A stretch of DNA of 64,000 bases. Source: an uncultured bacterium. Lineage in GTDB: Bacteria > Krumholzibacteriota > Krumholzibacteriia > LZORAL124-64-63. Shown piece by piece: positions 18,048 to 28,300 of the stretch (positions within the stretch are counted from its first letter, which is position 1; every line of letters starts with the position of its first letter). Made by a program: the position numbers and the translations under genes. Location: the NCBI GenBank assembly GCA_963727525.1, contig CAVSGO010000007.1:2144001-2208000 (forward strand), given 5' to 3'. The notes under the pieces are model-generated. The model ran no database searches. It was not told the DNA's origin and saw only the letters and a list, made by a program, of their open reading frames with translations.

Positions 18048-20528
18048 ATGGCGCCCCTCTTTCCCTGGTTCTTCGCCCTCCTCATGCACGGCTCCGGCCC
18101 GGCCCTGTCATCCCCCGCGGCGCTCGAACACGAGACGGGCACGGCCGAGGCCGAACGCGGCCCGGAGCTGATCCGGGAGTACTTCGAGAACTGGCACGCG
18201 CCCTATCCCGGGGATCTCGGTCGCGATCTGCAGGAACGGATCTGGCGCGCAGTCCACGACGTGCCGACCGAGGCGCCCCTCCTCGACGGCGACGGCTGGG
18301 TCCCCTACGGCCCCTTCGGCATGCTCACCGACCTCGGCGCGCGCCACGCCGGCCGCGTGCTCGATCTGGATGTGGGTCCCGGCGGATTGCGACGTATCGC
18401 GGCGGCCAGCGGAGGTGTGTGGGAATTCGCCGATGGCCGCTGGCGCCCCCTCACCGAGACGCTCACGACCCAGTGGATCGGCGCGCTCGCCACGAGCCCG
18501 ACCGATGCCGACCTCATCCTCGTGGGCACGGGCGAACCGTTCATCCGCGCCGGCACCGGACTGTGGCGTTCCACCGACGGCGGCGCCTCCTGGACGGCGC
18601 ACCCGCTGCCGGCGAGCCCGGCCACCTGCTTTCGCCTGCGGTTCCTGCCCGACGGCCAGACCGTGGTGGGCGCGTTCGACCTTGGTCTCTATCGCTCCAC
18701 GAACGCCGGGCTCACCTGGACCCGAACCGACCTGGGAAACTGGCCCACCGATCTGGCGGTCAATCCGAGCGACCCACACGAGCTGTGGACGACGGTTTGG
18801 GCCAACGGTCTCCGCGTGAGCCACGACGCCGGCGTCACCTGGCAGCCGGTGACCGCTCCGGGACTGCCCACCGCGAACCTGGGCCGCGGCGCCGTGGCCG
18901 TGGCCGCCTCGAACCCCGACCGTATCTACGTGGCATGGGCCGGGCAGGACAACCTGCTCCTGGGGCTCTACCGCAGCGATGACGGCGGCGCCACCTTCGC
19001 CGACGTCTCCCCTCCCGAGTACCTCTGGGGCCAGGGCTGGTACAACAACACCCTCGGCGTGGCCCCCGACGATCCCGACCTGGTGCTGGCCGGCGGTGGC
19101 GCCCTCATGCGCACCACGGATGGCGGACGCTCGTGGGAGGCGGTCGCGTCGCCGCACGTGCACGCGGACAACCATGCCGTGAGCTGGTCGAGCGACGGAG
19201 CGCACCTCTGGGTGGGGACCGACGGCGGCGTGAGCGAGTCCGACGACGACGGCCTCACGTGGAACACCACGGACAATCGTCTGCCGATCACGCAGTTCGT
19301 CAACATCGACGCGGGTGACACGGCCCCCCTCCTGCTGAGCGGTGGCTCGCAGGACAATGCCGTCTCCGTGAGTACCGACGGCGGCGCCACCTGGTTCATG
19401 CGCTGGGGCGGCGACGGTGGCGGCATCTCGATCGACCCCCACGACAACGACCACATCTGGGCCACCAGCGGCGTATGGGGCGGACCGCTCGCCTTCCACT
19501 GCGGCTACTCCCAGGACCGCGGCGTCACCTGGCAAGACATCAACAACGGCATCCAGCCCTCGGACCAGTGGTACACGCGCATCCGCAACGATGGCGGCGA
19601 CGGCACACCGGTGGTCTACATGAACAGCAGCGCCCACGTGTACTGGTCGTTCGGCGGGCTCTTCTGGTTCTGGCTCAATCACGATCCGTTCACGTCCAAC
19701 GTGACGGAGCTCACGGTGTCGGGGTTCGTGGACCCGCGCGCAATCGTCTACGCCTGCCTCGACTCCTTCACGCCCGGCGCACGCCTGCAGGTCTACGAGG
19801 ATCCGAACTGGTTCGAACGCTCGTCGTCGCTACCCGATGGCGTGCGGGTACGCAAGGTCGCGGTGGATCCCGCCAGCACCGAGCGCTGCTTCGCGATCAT
19901 GGGCGGCATGGGCACGCCGGGGCGGAAGGTGTTCCGCAGCGAGAATCGCGGGGCCACGTGGATCAACATCACGGGCAATCTTCCGGACATCCCGATGTCC
20001 GACCTCCTACCCGACCCCGGCAATCCGGACGAGTTCTACCTCGGCACGGAGTTCGGCTGCTACCGCACCACGAACGGCGGCGCGGCCTGGCAACGCTGGA
20101 ACGATGGATTGCCCGAGGCGGCAGTGGTCACGGAGATGACGTTCGCCGATCTCTCCGCCGACACGGGCGAGGTCTTTGTGGTCGCGGCCACCTACGGCCG
20201 CGGCCTCTGGATGCGCCGCATCGCCGGCGTGGCGCCCACCGCGACCCCGGACCTGCAGACCGTGGTCGGTGTGCAGCTCCACGCTCCGGTACCGAACCCG
20301 GCCCACGCCGAGACGCAGTTGAGCTTCGCCCTGACCCGGGACACCACGGCACGCCTGCGCGTGTTCGACGTGCGCGGCGCCCTCATCGCCACACTGCTCG
20401 ACGGGCCGGTGAGCGCGGGCCGGCACACCTTCGCCTTCCAGACCGGGCGCGTGGCCGCGGGCGTCTACCTCTGCCGGCTCGACACGCCCCTCGGCTCCAG
20501 CACGCGCCGGTTGCTCGTGATCCGCTAG
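18048..20528 (+). CDS. Secreted BNR/Asp-box beta-propeller (VPS10/YCF48-like) protein with C-terminal T9SS/FlgD-like domain
   Basis: Repeated S.DGG.[ST]W Asp-boxes; GQGWY, HADNH, GGSQDN, ATYGRGLW; C-terminal PNP...FDVRG...AGVY...RRLLVIR. Confidence 0.88.
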   Translation: MAPLFPWFFALLMHGSGPALSSPAALEHETGTAEAERGPELIREYFENWHAPYPGDLGRDLQERIWRAVHDVPTEAPLLDGDGWVPYGPFGMLTDLGARHAGRVLDLDVGPGGLRRIAAASGGVWEFADGRWRPLTETLTTQWIGALATSPTDADLILVGTGEPFIRAGTGLWRSTDGGASWTAHPLPASPATCFRLRFLPDGQTVVGAFDLGLYRSTNAGLTWTRTDLGNWPTDLAVNPSDPHELWTTVWANGLRVSHDAGVTWQPVTAPGLPTANLGRGAVAVAASNPDRIYVAWAGQDNLLLGLYRSDDGGATFADVSPPEYLWGQGWYNNTLGVAPDDPDLVLAGGGALMRTTDGGRSWEAVASPHVHADNHAVSWSSDGAHLWVGTDGGVSESDDDGLTWNTTDNRLPITQFVNIDAGDTAPLLLSGGSQDNAVSVSTDGGATWFMRWGGDGGGISIDPHDNDHIWATSGVWGGPLAFHCGYSQDRGVTWQDINNGIQPSDQWYTRIRNDGGDGTPVVYMNSSAHVYWSFGGLFWFWLNHDPFTSNVTELTVSGFVDPRAIVYACLDSFTPGARLQVYEDPNWFERSSSLPDGVRVRKVAVDPASTERCFAIMGGMGTPGRKVFRSENRGATWINITGNLPDIPMSDLLPDPGNPDEFYLGTEFGCYRTTNGGAAWQRWNDGLPEAAVVTEMTFADLSADTGEVFVVAATYGRGLWMRRIAGVAPTATPDLQTVVGVQLHAPVPNPAHAETQLSFALTRDTTARLRVFDVRGALIATLLDGPVSAGRHTFAFQTGRVAAGVYLCRLDTPLGSSTRRLLVIR

Positions 20529-20622
20529 GCGGGCCCCGCAATCAGGTCGCGGCCACGCAACTTCGCGCGATCGGTGATCTCGTACTATCGTGGCGCCCCG
20601 GAGACCCTACCCGGGAGCGCAT

Positions 20623-21573
20623 GTGGAACGGTTGATCACCATACTCGGCAGGCACCGCCGCCTGGTGGCCGTCGCAGCGGGCGCGCTGCTGCTCGTACCT
20701 CTGTTCGTGCCGATCCCCGCGACCGCGCGCCACAGCCCGCTCATGGGCGAGTTCGGCGACCGCTTGCACGTGCTCATCTTCGCGGGCCTGGCGGCGCTGC
20801 TGGCGGTCTGGGGTCCCACGAAGGGACACATCGTCCGCGCGGCGCTGGTGGCGGCGGCAATCGGAGCAGCCAGTGAGGTTGCCCAGGGTTACGTGGGACG
20901 GTCGCCCGCGCTGGGCGACGTGCTGCTCGACTGCATCGGCATCGGATTCCTGGTGGCCGGCGTGGCGTGGTGGCGCCGGCGCAGCCAGGCGGCGGTGGTG
21001 GCGGCCATCGTCCTGGTCGCCCTGCTCGGCTACACGATGCGCAACGTCCCGAGCATCCTGAGGGCGGCGTATGCCATGCGCCGCAGCGTTCCGCTCATGG
21101 CCGATTTCGACGCGCCGGTGCAGCTCGCCGTGTGGCACGCGGCGGGCGAGGCGACGCTGACCTGGGCCGACGTGGGCGGCGCGCATGGCGGCGTGCTGCG
21201 GGTATCGACTCCGGCGACGTCGAACTGGTCGGGCGCCATGATCACGCGGATGCCGGCCGACTGGTCGCACTACACCGCGATGGCGCTGGATGTGCGTCTG
21301 GTGGGGGACACGCCCGACAGTTTGCGAATGTCGCTCCGGCTCGACGACCACGAGACCCGGCGCGACAAGGACTGGGCGTTGCGTACCGTCGTCGCCACCC
21401 ACGACTGGCGCACGGTGACGCTGCCGCTGAGCGGTCTGGCTACCTACCGCGATGGACGCGCCGTCCTGACACGCGATGTCTTCGCGCTCGGGATCATCCG
21501 TGGCGTGCCGCGGGTGGGCGCGACGTACGAGGTGGACAACCTCCGCTTGCTGGGCGACGCGGCGGTGCGTTGA
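20623..21573 (+). CDS. VanZ-family membrane protein fused to a carbohydrate-binding-module-like domain
   Basis: DRLHVLIFAGL...SEVAQGYVGRSPALGDVLLDCIG (VanZ); DWSHYTAMALD...W.TVTLPL...YEVDNLRL (CBM11/CIA30-like). Confidence 0.72.
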   Translation: MERLITILGRHRRLVAVAAGALLLVPLFVPIPATARHSPLMGEFGDRLHVLIFAGLAALLAVWGPTKGHIVRAALVAAAIGAASEVAQGYVGRSPALGDVLLDCIGIGFLVAGVAWWRRRSQAAVVAAIVLVALLGYTMRNVPSILRAAYAMRRSVPLMADFDAPVQLAVWHAAGEATLTWADVGGAHGGVLRVSTPATSNWSGAMITRMPADWSHYTAMALDVRLVGDTPDSLRMSLRLDDHETRRDKDWALRTVVATHDWRTVTLPLSGLATYRDGRAVLTRDVFALGIIRGVPRVGATYEVDNLRLLGDAAVR

Positions 21574-21645
21574 CAGGGACGGATCCCATCGTCTATCCTC
21601 CGGGCATCCCGCGCGCACTGCTGCCTCAGTTTCGGGAGTCTGGCC

Positions 21646-22164
21646 ATGCCCAAACCGATTGTCCATTCCGTGGGGCTGTTCGGCAAGAATGCCCCCGCGC
21701 TCGACGTGATGACGATCCAGTACCTGCTCAACTGCATTCCGATCGCCCACGGCGGGCCGACGGTCGAGCTGGTCGTCGATGGGATCTGCGGACCGTACAC
21801 CATTGCGGCCATCCGCCGCTTCCAGCGCCATACGTTCGGCTGGGTCGACGGCCGCGTCGATCCGGGCGGCAAGACCCTCGGCGCGTTGCAGGGCTTCGAT
21901 CCATACCCCGCCGAGGCGTTGCCGCTGGGGCTTGTCGCCGGTAAATCGTCGGCGGTCACCAAGTCGTCGGCGGTCACCAAGTCGGCCGGGTCGGGAAGTG
22001 CCGGCAAGCAGGCGTCGAGCGGAGGTCCGTTCGCCGGGTATCCGAGCGGTACCGCAGCCGGGGGCGGACAGCCGGTGACCAAGAGCCTCGGTGGAGCCGG
22101 CGACGGCCCCCCGGCGGTCAAGGGATTCGTTGGAGGCAAACCCGCCGGTGGAAAGGGTTTCTAG
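21646..22164 (+). CDS. Peptidoglycan-binding-like domain protein with Lys/Gly/Ser/Ala low-complexity tail
   Basis: DV..IQYLLN...LVVDGICGPYTIAAIRRFQ...DGRVDPGGKT; GGGAG RBS; no signal peptide. Confidence 0.8.
   Translation: MPKPIVHSVGLFGKNAPALDVMTIQYLLNCIPIAHGGPTVELVVDGICGPYTIAAIRRFQRHTFGWVDGRVDPGGKTLGALQGFDPYPAEALPLGLVAGKSSAVTKSSAVTKSAGSGSAGKQASSGGPFAGYPSGTAAGGGQPVTKSLGGAGDGPPAVKGFVGGKPAGGKGF
21943..21984 (+). repeat. 18-bp tandem repeat encoding KSSAVT-KSSAVT-KS
   Basis: AAATCGTCGGCGGTCACC / AAGTCGTCGGCGGTCACC / AAGTCG. Confidence 0.9.
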
Positions 22165-22167
22165 GCG

Positions 22168-22662
22168 ATGGTCGAGCCGGCCACCGCATTCGTGCGGGAA
22201 GTGGTGCGCCCAGGTGGGCCCGATGCCATCCCCTGCATCGACGACCGGAACTGCCGCTTCGCCCTGGACGCGCGGCCGTCGCCTATCCACCGCTGGGGCG
22301 TCTTCGCACGCGGCCCCATTCCGGCGCGACGCCGCGTCATCGAGTACACCGGGGAACGCATCGGCCTCGCGGAAGCCCGACGTCGCAGCCTGCGGATGCA
22401 TCTCTACCTGTTCTGGATCGCGCCCGATCGCGCGATCGACGGCGCGATCGGCGGCAGCGGCGCCGAGTTCATCAACCATGGGTGCGAGCCCAACCTCGTG
22501 GCTCGGCTGTCGCGGGGCCGGATCCATCTGGTGAGTCTGCGACGGATCGCGCCGGGCGAGGAACTCCTCTACGACTACAAGGTGACAGGCGCCGCCCCGC
22601 TCATGCCCTGCCATTGCGGCGCGCCCGGGTGCCGCGGCCAGCTCAATCGACGGGATCCGTGA
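22168..22662 (+). CDS. SET-domain protein-lysine methyltransferase with post-SET motif
   Basis: SPIHRWGVFA, VIEYTGE, FINHGCEPN, GEELLYDY, CHCGAPGCRG. Confidence 0.93.
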   Translation: MVEPATAFVREVVRPGGPDAIPCIDDRNCRFALDARPSPIHRWGVFARGPIPARRRVIEYTGERIGLAEARRRSLRMHLYLFWIAPDRAIDGAIGGSGAEFINHGCEPNLVARLSRGRIHLVSLRRIAPGEELLYDYKVTGAAPLMPCHCGAPGCRGQLNRRDP

Positions 22663-22756
22663 CCGGTCGCGGCGGCGCATTGACAGACGCCGACCGGCAA
22701 CCTATCCTTCCGGCGTTCCTTTAATCGCGGCCCGCGAGCCCCGGAAGGAGACCCCG

Positions 22757-23428
22757 ATGCAAGCCTGCCACGTGCCCGTCCCCCGCAGCGTCCTCTTTCA
22801 ACCGCCTGGCGTTCCGCCCACCGCCCAACAGCGCGCTCGCGTGCAGGATCGCGTGGTGACCGAATTGCAGGCCATGGCCGCGACGCACGAATTCGATCTC
22901 CAGCGCCGGGGCGATACCCAGCTCTGGCGCGTGGAAAGGGACGGGCTCTCGTTGCCGTGGCTCGGCGACCTGCTCGAGGCAGGTCTCAAGCGCGCGGCGG
23001 CGTGCCTCGATGCAGATCTCATCGGCGGCGCCAACGTCACGCGGCTGGACCGTACCGTGTCGCTCGGCCACCCGAGGCTGCCGTACCGCAAGGCGCTGCG
23101 CGTCGCCAACGGCCGGGGCTGGGAGCTGGCGCTCGGCGAGGAGATTCCGCGCGAGGCGCAGGCCACCCTCATCCGCTTCTGCGGCCTGCTGCCCATGCAG
23201 GTGCTTTACCTGGCAGGTCAGCCGCGTCCGGGATCGATAGCCGGCGGCGCCCAGGGGCTGTCCTACATGCTGCCCCTGGCCGGCGAGGCGCTGCGGGCGG
23301 AGATCCGGCCCGACGGGGACCGCAGCCTGGCGGTGTGCTGCCTGGATCTCGACCGTCTGCTGCAGTTCTTCCTGGGATTGGGCTCGGCCGGCGGCGGCGG
23401 ATGTGCCGACGCCCTCGAACACGCCTAG
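22757..23428 (+). CDS. Hypothetical protein resembling a truncated class IIb (AsnRS/AspRS-like) catalytic-domain fragment
   Basis: PRLPYRKALRVA..RGWELALGEEIPREAQATL...LPMQVLYL resembles the FPRITY.EA....WG.DL..E.E..L....P.FV..YP insertion of AsnRS-like enzymes; strong GGAAGGAG RBS. Confidence 0.5.
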   Translation: MQACHVPVPRSVLFQPPGVPPTAQQRARVQDRVVTELQAMAATHEFDLQRRGDTQLWRVERDGLSLPWLGDLLEAGLKRAAACLDADLIGGANVTRLDRTVSLGHPRLPYRKALRVANGRGWELALGEEIPREAQATLIRFCGLLPMQVLYLAGQPRPGSIAGGAQGLSYMLPLAGEALRAEIRPDGDRSLAVCCLDLDRLLQFFLGLGSAGGGGCADALEHA

Positions 23429-23509
23429 CCCGACGGGAACTCCTGAGCCCCGCCTCGCGTACCAGCGCACTGTATCCCCCCGGACCCGTAGCCCGCAGAG
23501 GTATGCACC

Positions 23510-24472
23510 ATGAAACCCCTGAAGATCCGCATTCTCCTCGTCGTGCTCGCCGTGCTCCTGACCGCCAGCGCTGCGCTGGCGGCCGACGGCTGGCTCGGCG
23601 TCACGATGCAGGAGCTGAGTACCAACCTCGCCAAGGCCATGGACCTGGAGAATGCCGACGGCGTACTCGTCTCGTCGGTCGTCGCCGAATCGCCTGCTGC
23701 CAAGGCCGGCCTGGAGGATGGCGACGTGATCGTGGCCTTTGGCGAGTCCGCCATCAAGTCCCCCGACGATCTCTCGCGCGCCGTGGCCAAGACGTCGCCT
23801 GGCGACAAGGTCAAGGTGCGCGTCATGCGTGGCGGCAAGGCGAAGTCCGTCAACGTCACCGTCGGCGAACGCGAGGAGTCGGATGACGACAATCCCATGC
23901 TGCGCTGGTTCGACGATACCGGTCATCAACGCATGATCATCCGCAACCTGCATAACGGCGGATACCTCGGCGTCGGCCTGCAGGATCTCACCGATCAGCT
24001 CGGCGAGGTCTTCGGCGTGAAGGACGGCAAGGGTGCGCTGGTCACGGAGATCGCGGATGACGCGCCGGCGGCGAAGTCCGATCTCAAGGCGGGCGACATC
24101 ATCGTGACGTTCGGCGACGAGACCATTGGCGACAGTGACGACCTGCGCGATGCCGTGATGGACCGGAAGCCGGGCGACGAGGTGAAGGTGACCTACGTAC
24201 GCCAGGGCAAGACGAAAACCACCACAGTCACCGTGGGCGAGCGTCCCGAGGGCGACGACGCGATGTACTCCGTGCACCGCATGCTCAGGAAGCTGCCGCG
24301 CGCCTTGCAGTTCATGCCTCGCAACGACGCGCACCTACGTGCCTGGCACAACCGTGGTGACAACGCCGTGGCGCGCATCCAGGAAGAGAAGGAGCTGCAG
24401 GAGCTTCGCGAGGATCTGCAGGATCTGCGGACCCAGCTGGACGCATTGCAGAAGGAACTGAAGTCACGCTGA
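23510..24472 (+). CDS. Exported tandem-PDZ protein with C-terminal coiled coil, no protease domain
   Basis: Signal peptide ...ASAALA; GWLGV/GYLGV loops; SPAAKAGLEDGDVI, PAAKSDLKAGDII; ELQELREDLQDLRTQLDALQKELK. Confidence 0.88.
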   Translation: MKPLKIRILLVVLAVLLTASAALAADGWLGVTMQELSTNLAKAMDLENADGVLVSSVVAESPAAKAGLEDGDVIVAFGESAIKSPDDLSRAVAKTSPGDKVKVRVMRGGKAKSVNVTVGEREESDDDNPMLRWFDDTGHQRMIIRNLHNGGYLGVGLQDLTDQLGEVFGVKDGKGALVTEIADDAPAAKSDLKAGDIIVTFGDETIGDSDDLRDAVMDRKPGDEVKVTYVRQGKTKTTTVTVGERPEGDDAMYSVHRMLRKLPRALQFMPRNDAHLRAWHNRGDNAVARIQEEKELQELREDLQDLRTQLDALQKELKSR

Positions 24473-24493
24473 GGTCGCGCGCGGTTGACAGGG

Positions 24494-24520
24494 CGCCCCG
24501 GCACCGCAGGTGTCGGGGCG
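24494..24520. terminator. GC-rich hairpin between convergent genes (terminator-like)
   Basis: CGCCCCGGCACC-GCA-GGTGTCGGGGCG, 12-bp stem with one G-U; no strong U tract. Confidence 0.5.
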
Positions 24521-24539
24521 TTCGCGCGTCCGGCAACCG

Positions 24540-25379
24540 TCAGGCCACGTCGTCGTCGTGCGGCAGCGAGGTCAGGAACGCCGTGAGCCCCTCCTCGTAT
24601 CGGTGCCCACCGTCCTCGCACGCCCGCGCGTGGCGCCCCAGGATTCGCAGCAACTTCTTGGGCGGCGCCGCGCGATCGAAGAGCTTGCGCCCGAGTGTGA
24701 TGGGCACCGTGCGGTCTTCCAGGCTGTGCACGAAGAGCTTGGGACAGCGGATACGCGTCACCCGGTCCTCGGCCGCCAGGCCGATACGTGTGAGCTGGCG
24801 CGCCGGCAACCACGGGTAGCGGCGCACCGCGACGTCGGCCACGCGCGTGAATCCGGCTTCCAGCACGAGAGCGAGCGGCGTCACGTGGGTCGCCAGCTCC
24901 GTCGCCACGCTCACCCCCAGGCTCACCGCCACGACGATGATGCGCCCCGGCCGCACACGCCGCATGGTGACGAGGTGATCCCACGCCGCGCGCGCATCAC
25001 GATAGATCCCCGCCTCGCTGGGGTGCCCCGCACTGCGACCGTAACCGCGGTAGTCGAGGGCGAGGATCGCGAAGCCACGCCCATGCCAGTACGCGAGAGT
25101 CGCCAGGGTGTCGCCGAGATTCACGCCGGCACCATGAAGGTAGAGCACCGAGTCGGGGTTCTCGGCCCAGGCGGGAGCCGGCAACATCCAGGCGTGCAGA
25201 CGCACACCGTCGCTCGCGTCCAGCGCGACGTCCTCGTACTCCAGTCCGATGGTCCGGGGCGTACCCGCCAGACCCGGACGGGGCTGGAACACCCGGCGTT
25301 CCTGGTTCGTGGCCACCGCCGCCACCGCGATCGCGTAGACGAGCAGGGCGATGAGGATGACGAGCAGGGTCGGCGTCAC
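24540..25379 (-). CDS. Alpha/beta hydrolase (ABHD13/BEM46-like), N-terminal membrane anchor
   Basis: YLHGAG, DYRGYGRSAG.PSEAGIYRDA, AVSLG nucleophile elbow, HSLEDRTVP, GRH. Confidence 0.88.
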   Translation of the reverse strand: MTPTLLVILIALLVYAIAVAAVATNQERRVFQPRPGLAGTPRTIGLEYEDVALDASDGVRLHAWMLPAPAWAENPDSVLYLHGAGVNLGDTLATLAYWHGRGFAILALDYRGYGRSAGHPSEAGIYRDARAAWDHLVTMRRVRPGRIIVVAVSLGVSVATELATHVTPLALVLEAGFTRVADVAVRRYPWLPARQLTRIGLAAEDRVTRIRCPKLFVHSLEDRTVPITLGRKLFDRAAPPKKLLRILGRHARACEDGGHRYEEGLTAFLTSLPHDDDVA

Positions 25380-28300
25380 CGGCGGTCCTCCTGGATGACT
25401 TCCCGCAGCATACCGCGTCCGGCGGGCGTGGTCACGTGCGTGAAGAGCAACCAGCAGCGGATCGGACGGTCGGGATAGACCGCAGCCAGCGCGTCGCGAT
25501 AGGCGGCGAGCTGCGGCCCATAGCCTGCCACGCGTTCGTCCACCTCGGCCGGCGAGTCGACGCGGTCAGACTTGTAGTCGATCACGTCGATACCCTCGGG
25601 TCGCACGAGGAGGCGGTCGATGCTGCCGTACCGCCTCACCTCCGTGTGGCCCTCCGTGCTCACGTGGTGCAGCATCGGCTGCTCGCAGAAACCGCGCACA
25701 CCGGATCCGGGCGCGAAGATCCAGCGCAGCTCGGGATTGCGGACCACGGCCGCGGCCACCTCCCACGGTTCCCCGGCGCCCGGCGGCATGGCCCCGGCAC
25801 GGGCAGCCCGCTCCAGCCAGAGGTGGATGGCGGTGCCCCGGCGCGTGGCCGCGTCGGCAGCGGCGGGCGGCGCCGCGGCATCGTCCGGATCGCGCTCCTC
25901 GCGCGCGTCCGGCGCGCCGGCGGTGGGATCGGCGTGGGCCAGACGCGACGGGTTCTCCACCCGCAGGCGCGGGCTCAGCGACGGCGGCGTCCAGGGGCGC
26001 AGCCGCGCTCGCGCCGCAGATGTCGCGACGCCGGCGGTGGGCGTCGCCTCCGCGTCGTCATCCGCGGCGAGATTCTCGTCGTCGCGCCAGTAGGCACCGT
26101 CGGTATCGGCCTCGTGCAGCCACTCGAGGTAGCTGCTGTCGCCGCCGCGCTGGCTCTCGCCACCCAGCACGAAGAGCTGGTCGCAGGCGCGGGTCATCGC
26201 CACGTACAGGACATGGGCATCTTCCCTGCGCTGGCGCCCGATGGCGTCCGCGAGACGCGGGGCCAGCGGCGGCGGCAAGGTCGTCGCGTCGGGCAATGCG
26301 ATACCCGCGATCTCGTCGCTGCTCAGGCCGGTCACCCACGGACCATCGGCGCCCGCGGCGCCGAGATCGAGCAGCGCGACCTTGTCGTTCCTGTCCGCGG
26401 CGGCATCGACGAGGATCACCACCCGCGCCTCGAGTCCCTTGGCGGCGTGAATCGTCATCACGCGCACGCGGCCGCTGCCGTCCTCGCCGGGGAGCGTGCC
26501 CTCCTCCTCGCCACCGACCAGAGCGGCGAGGTCCAGTTCGTCGACGAACGCACGTAGCGAACCCCCGCGCCGCTCGCTGCCCAGCGCGAGGTCCGTCAGG
26601 CGGAGCAGGTTGAAGCGCGCCTGCTCGCCCCCGGCGATCTCGAAACGCTCGAGCAGCTCGCCGTCGCGGAAGACCAGCCGCAGCAGGTCGTGCGGCGTGA
26701 GGCGACCAGCGGGCTCGAACCAGCCCTCGAGCCGGGCCTGGGCATCGGCGAGGCCGTGCGCGGCCGCCTCGCTGGTGAGCACCTCGCGCAGGGTGCGGCG
26801 GCGGCCCGCGCCCAGGCGCGCCTGCAGCAAGGCCTGCACCGTGGCCTCGAGCGCGCGGACGATGGGCGAGCGCAGCACCGTTGCGCCGGCCACGTCATCG
26901 GCCGGATAGGTGAGCCAGCGTAGCAGGGCCAGCACGTCCTGCACCTCGCGACTGCGCGCAAGCAGGCCGCGACCAGCGGGCGTGAAGGCCAGGCCGGCGC
27001 GTCTGAGGGCCGACTCGTAGACCGCCACGTGGGTCTTCGTGCGACAGAGCACGAGGATGTCGTCGCGGCGCAGGCCCGGGCCGGCGAGCAGGCGCTGGAC
27101 CAGGGTCACCGTGGCCGCCGCCGCGCGTTCGTGGCCGCTGGCTGCATCGCCGGGCGCGAACGGCGCCAGGAAGACCACGCGACCGTCATCCTGCCTCGCC
27201 GCTTCCTGGCGCGCGCTCGCGGCCTCGTCGCCCAGGATCGTGGCGAGAGGTTCGCGGTTGCACAACGTGCCCACCGCGTCGACCACCGCGGGTACGCTGC
27301 GGAAGTTGGTGGGCAACTCGAGTACGCGCGCCTGCGGCAACATCCGGAACCACTCGCGCGCCCTGCCGAACACGGAGGGCTCGGCGCCGCGGAAGCTGTA
27401 GATCGACTGCTTCACGTCGCCCACGATGAACGCCGTGCGGGGCGGGTCGTCGCCACCGGCGAGGATCTCCTCCAGCAGCGGACGGAGCAGGTCCCACTGG
27501 TTCCGGTTGGTGTCCTGGAACTCGTCGAGCAGCAGGTGATCGAGGCGCGCGTCGAGCCGGAAGTGCACCTGCGGTCCCGTGTGCGGATCGGTGAGCAGCC
27601 GCAGGGCGAGGTACTCGAGATCCTGGAAGTCGACGACGCGGTCGCGTCGCTTCACCGCGGCGTAGCGATCGAGGGCCTGGAGCATGACACGCAGGAGGCG
27701 AACATTGTGCGCGAAGAGCATGGCCAGCCTGGCCTGCTGGATCAGCGCGAGCACGGGCAGGAGCGCGACCTGGTAGACGGGCTGATAGCCCGCCGGCACG
27801 GGACTGTTCGTCGCGAGCTTCTTGCGCACGGATCCGCCCGCGGTGAGCAGCAGTGAGGCGGCCTGCGGGACGACCTGTTCGAGGCAGCGCGCGGGCTCGG
27901 CGTCGCACACGTCCGCGAGCGTCCTGGCGGATGTGCCGAGTTGGTCGAGTCCTTCGCGGAACTTGTCCGTCTGCTTGCCGCCTGCATGGTCACGCACGGC
28001 GGCAAGGCCGGGGCCGGCGAGGCGGCGTAGCGCGTGCGCGAGGGCAGGCGCGAGGGTGGCAGGATCCACGTCGGCATCGTTGTGCCACACGGTGTCCGCG
28101 AGGAGGCCCGCACGTAGATCGGCGCGCAGCGCGGGCAGGCACGGCAGCAACGCGCGGCCGAGCGCGGCCGGCGCCGAGGTTGGCGGCGGGGCCACACGAT
28201 CGATCCAGCGCTGTAGGTGGACACGATGGGCGAAGAGCGTGGCCACGGCCTTGCGCGCCCCGCCGTACGACCCGGCGAGCGCGGCATACTCGCGCAAGGC

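Noticed and set aside
20542-24334. Minus-strand ORFs of 712 and 537 aa
   Set aside because: Shadows of five well-supported plus-strand genes.
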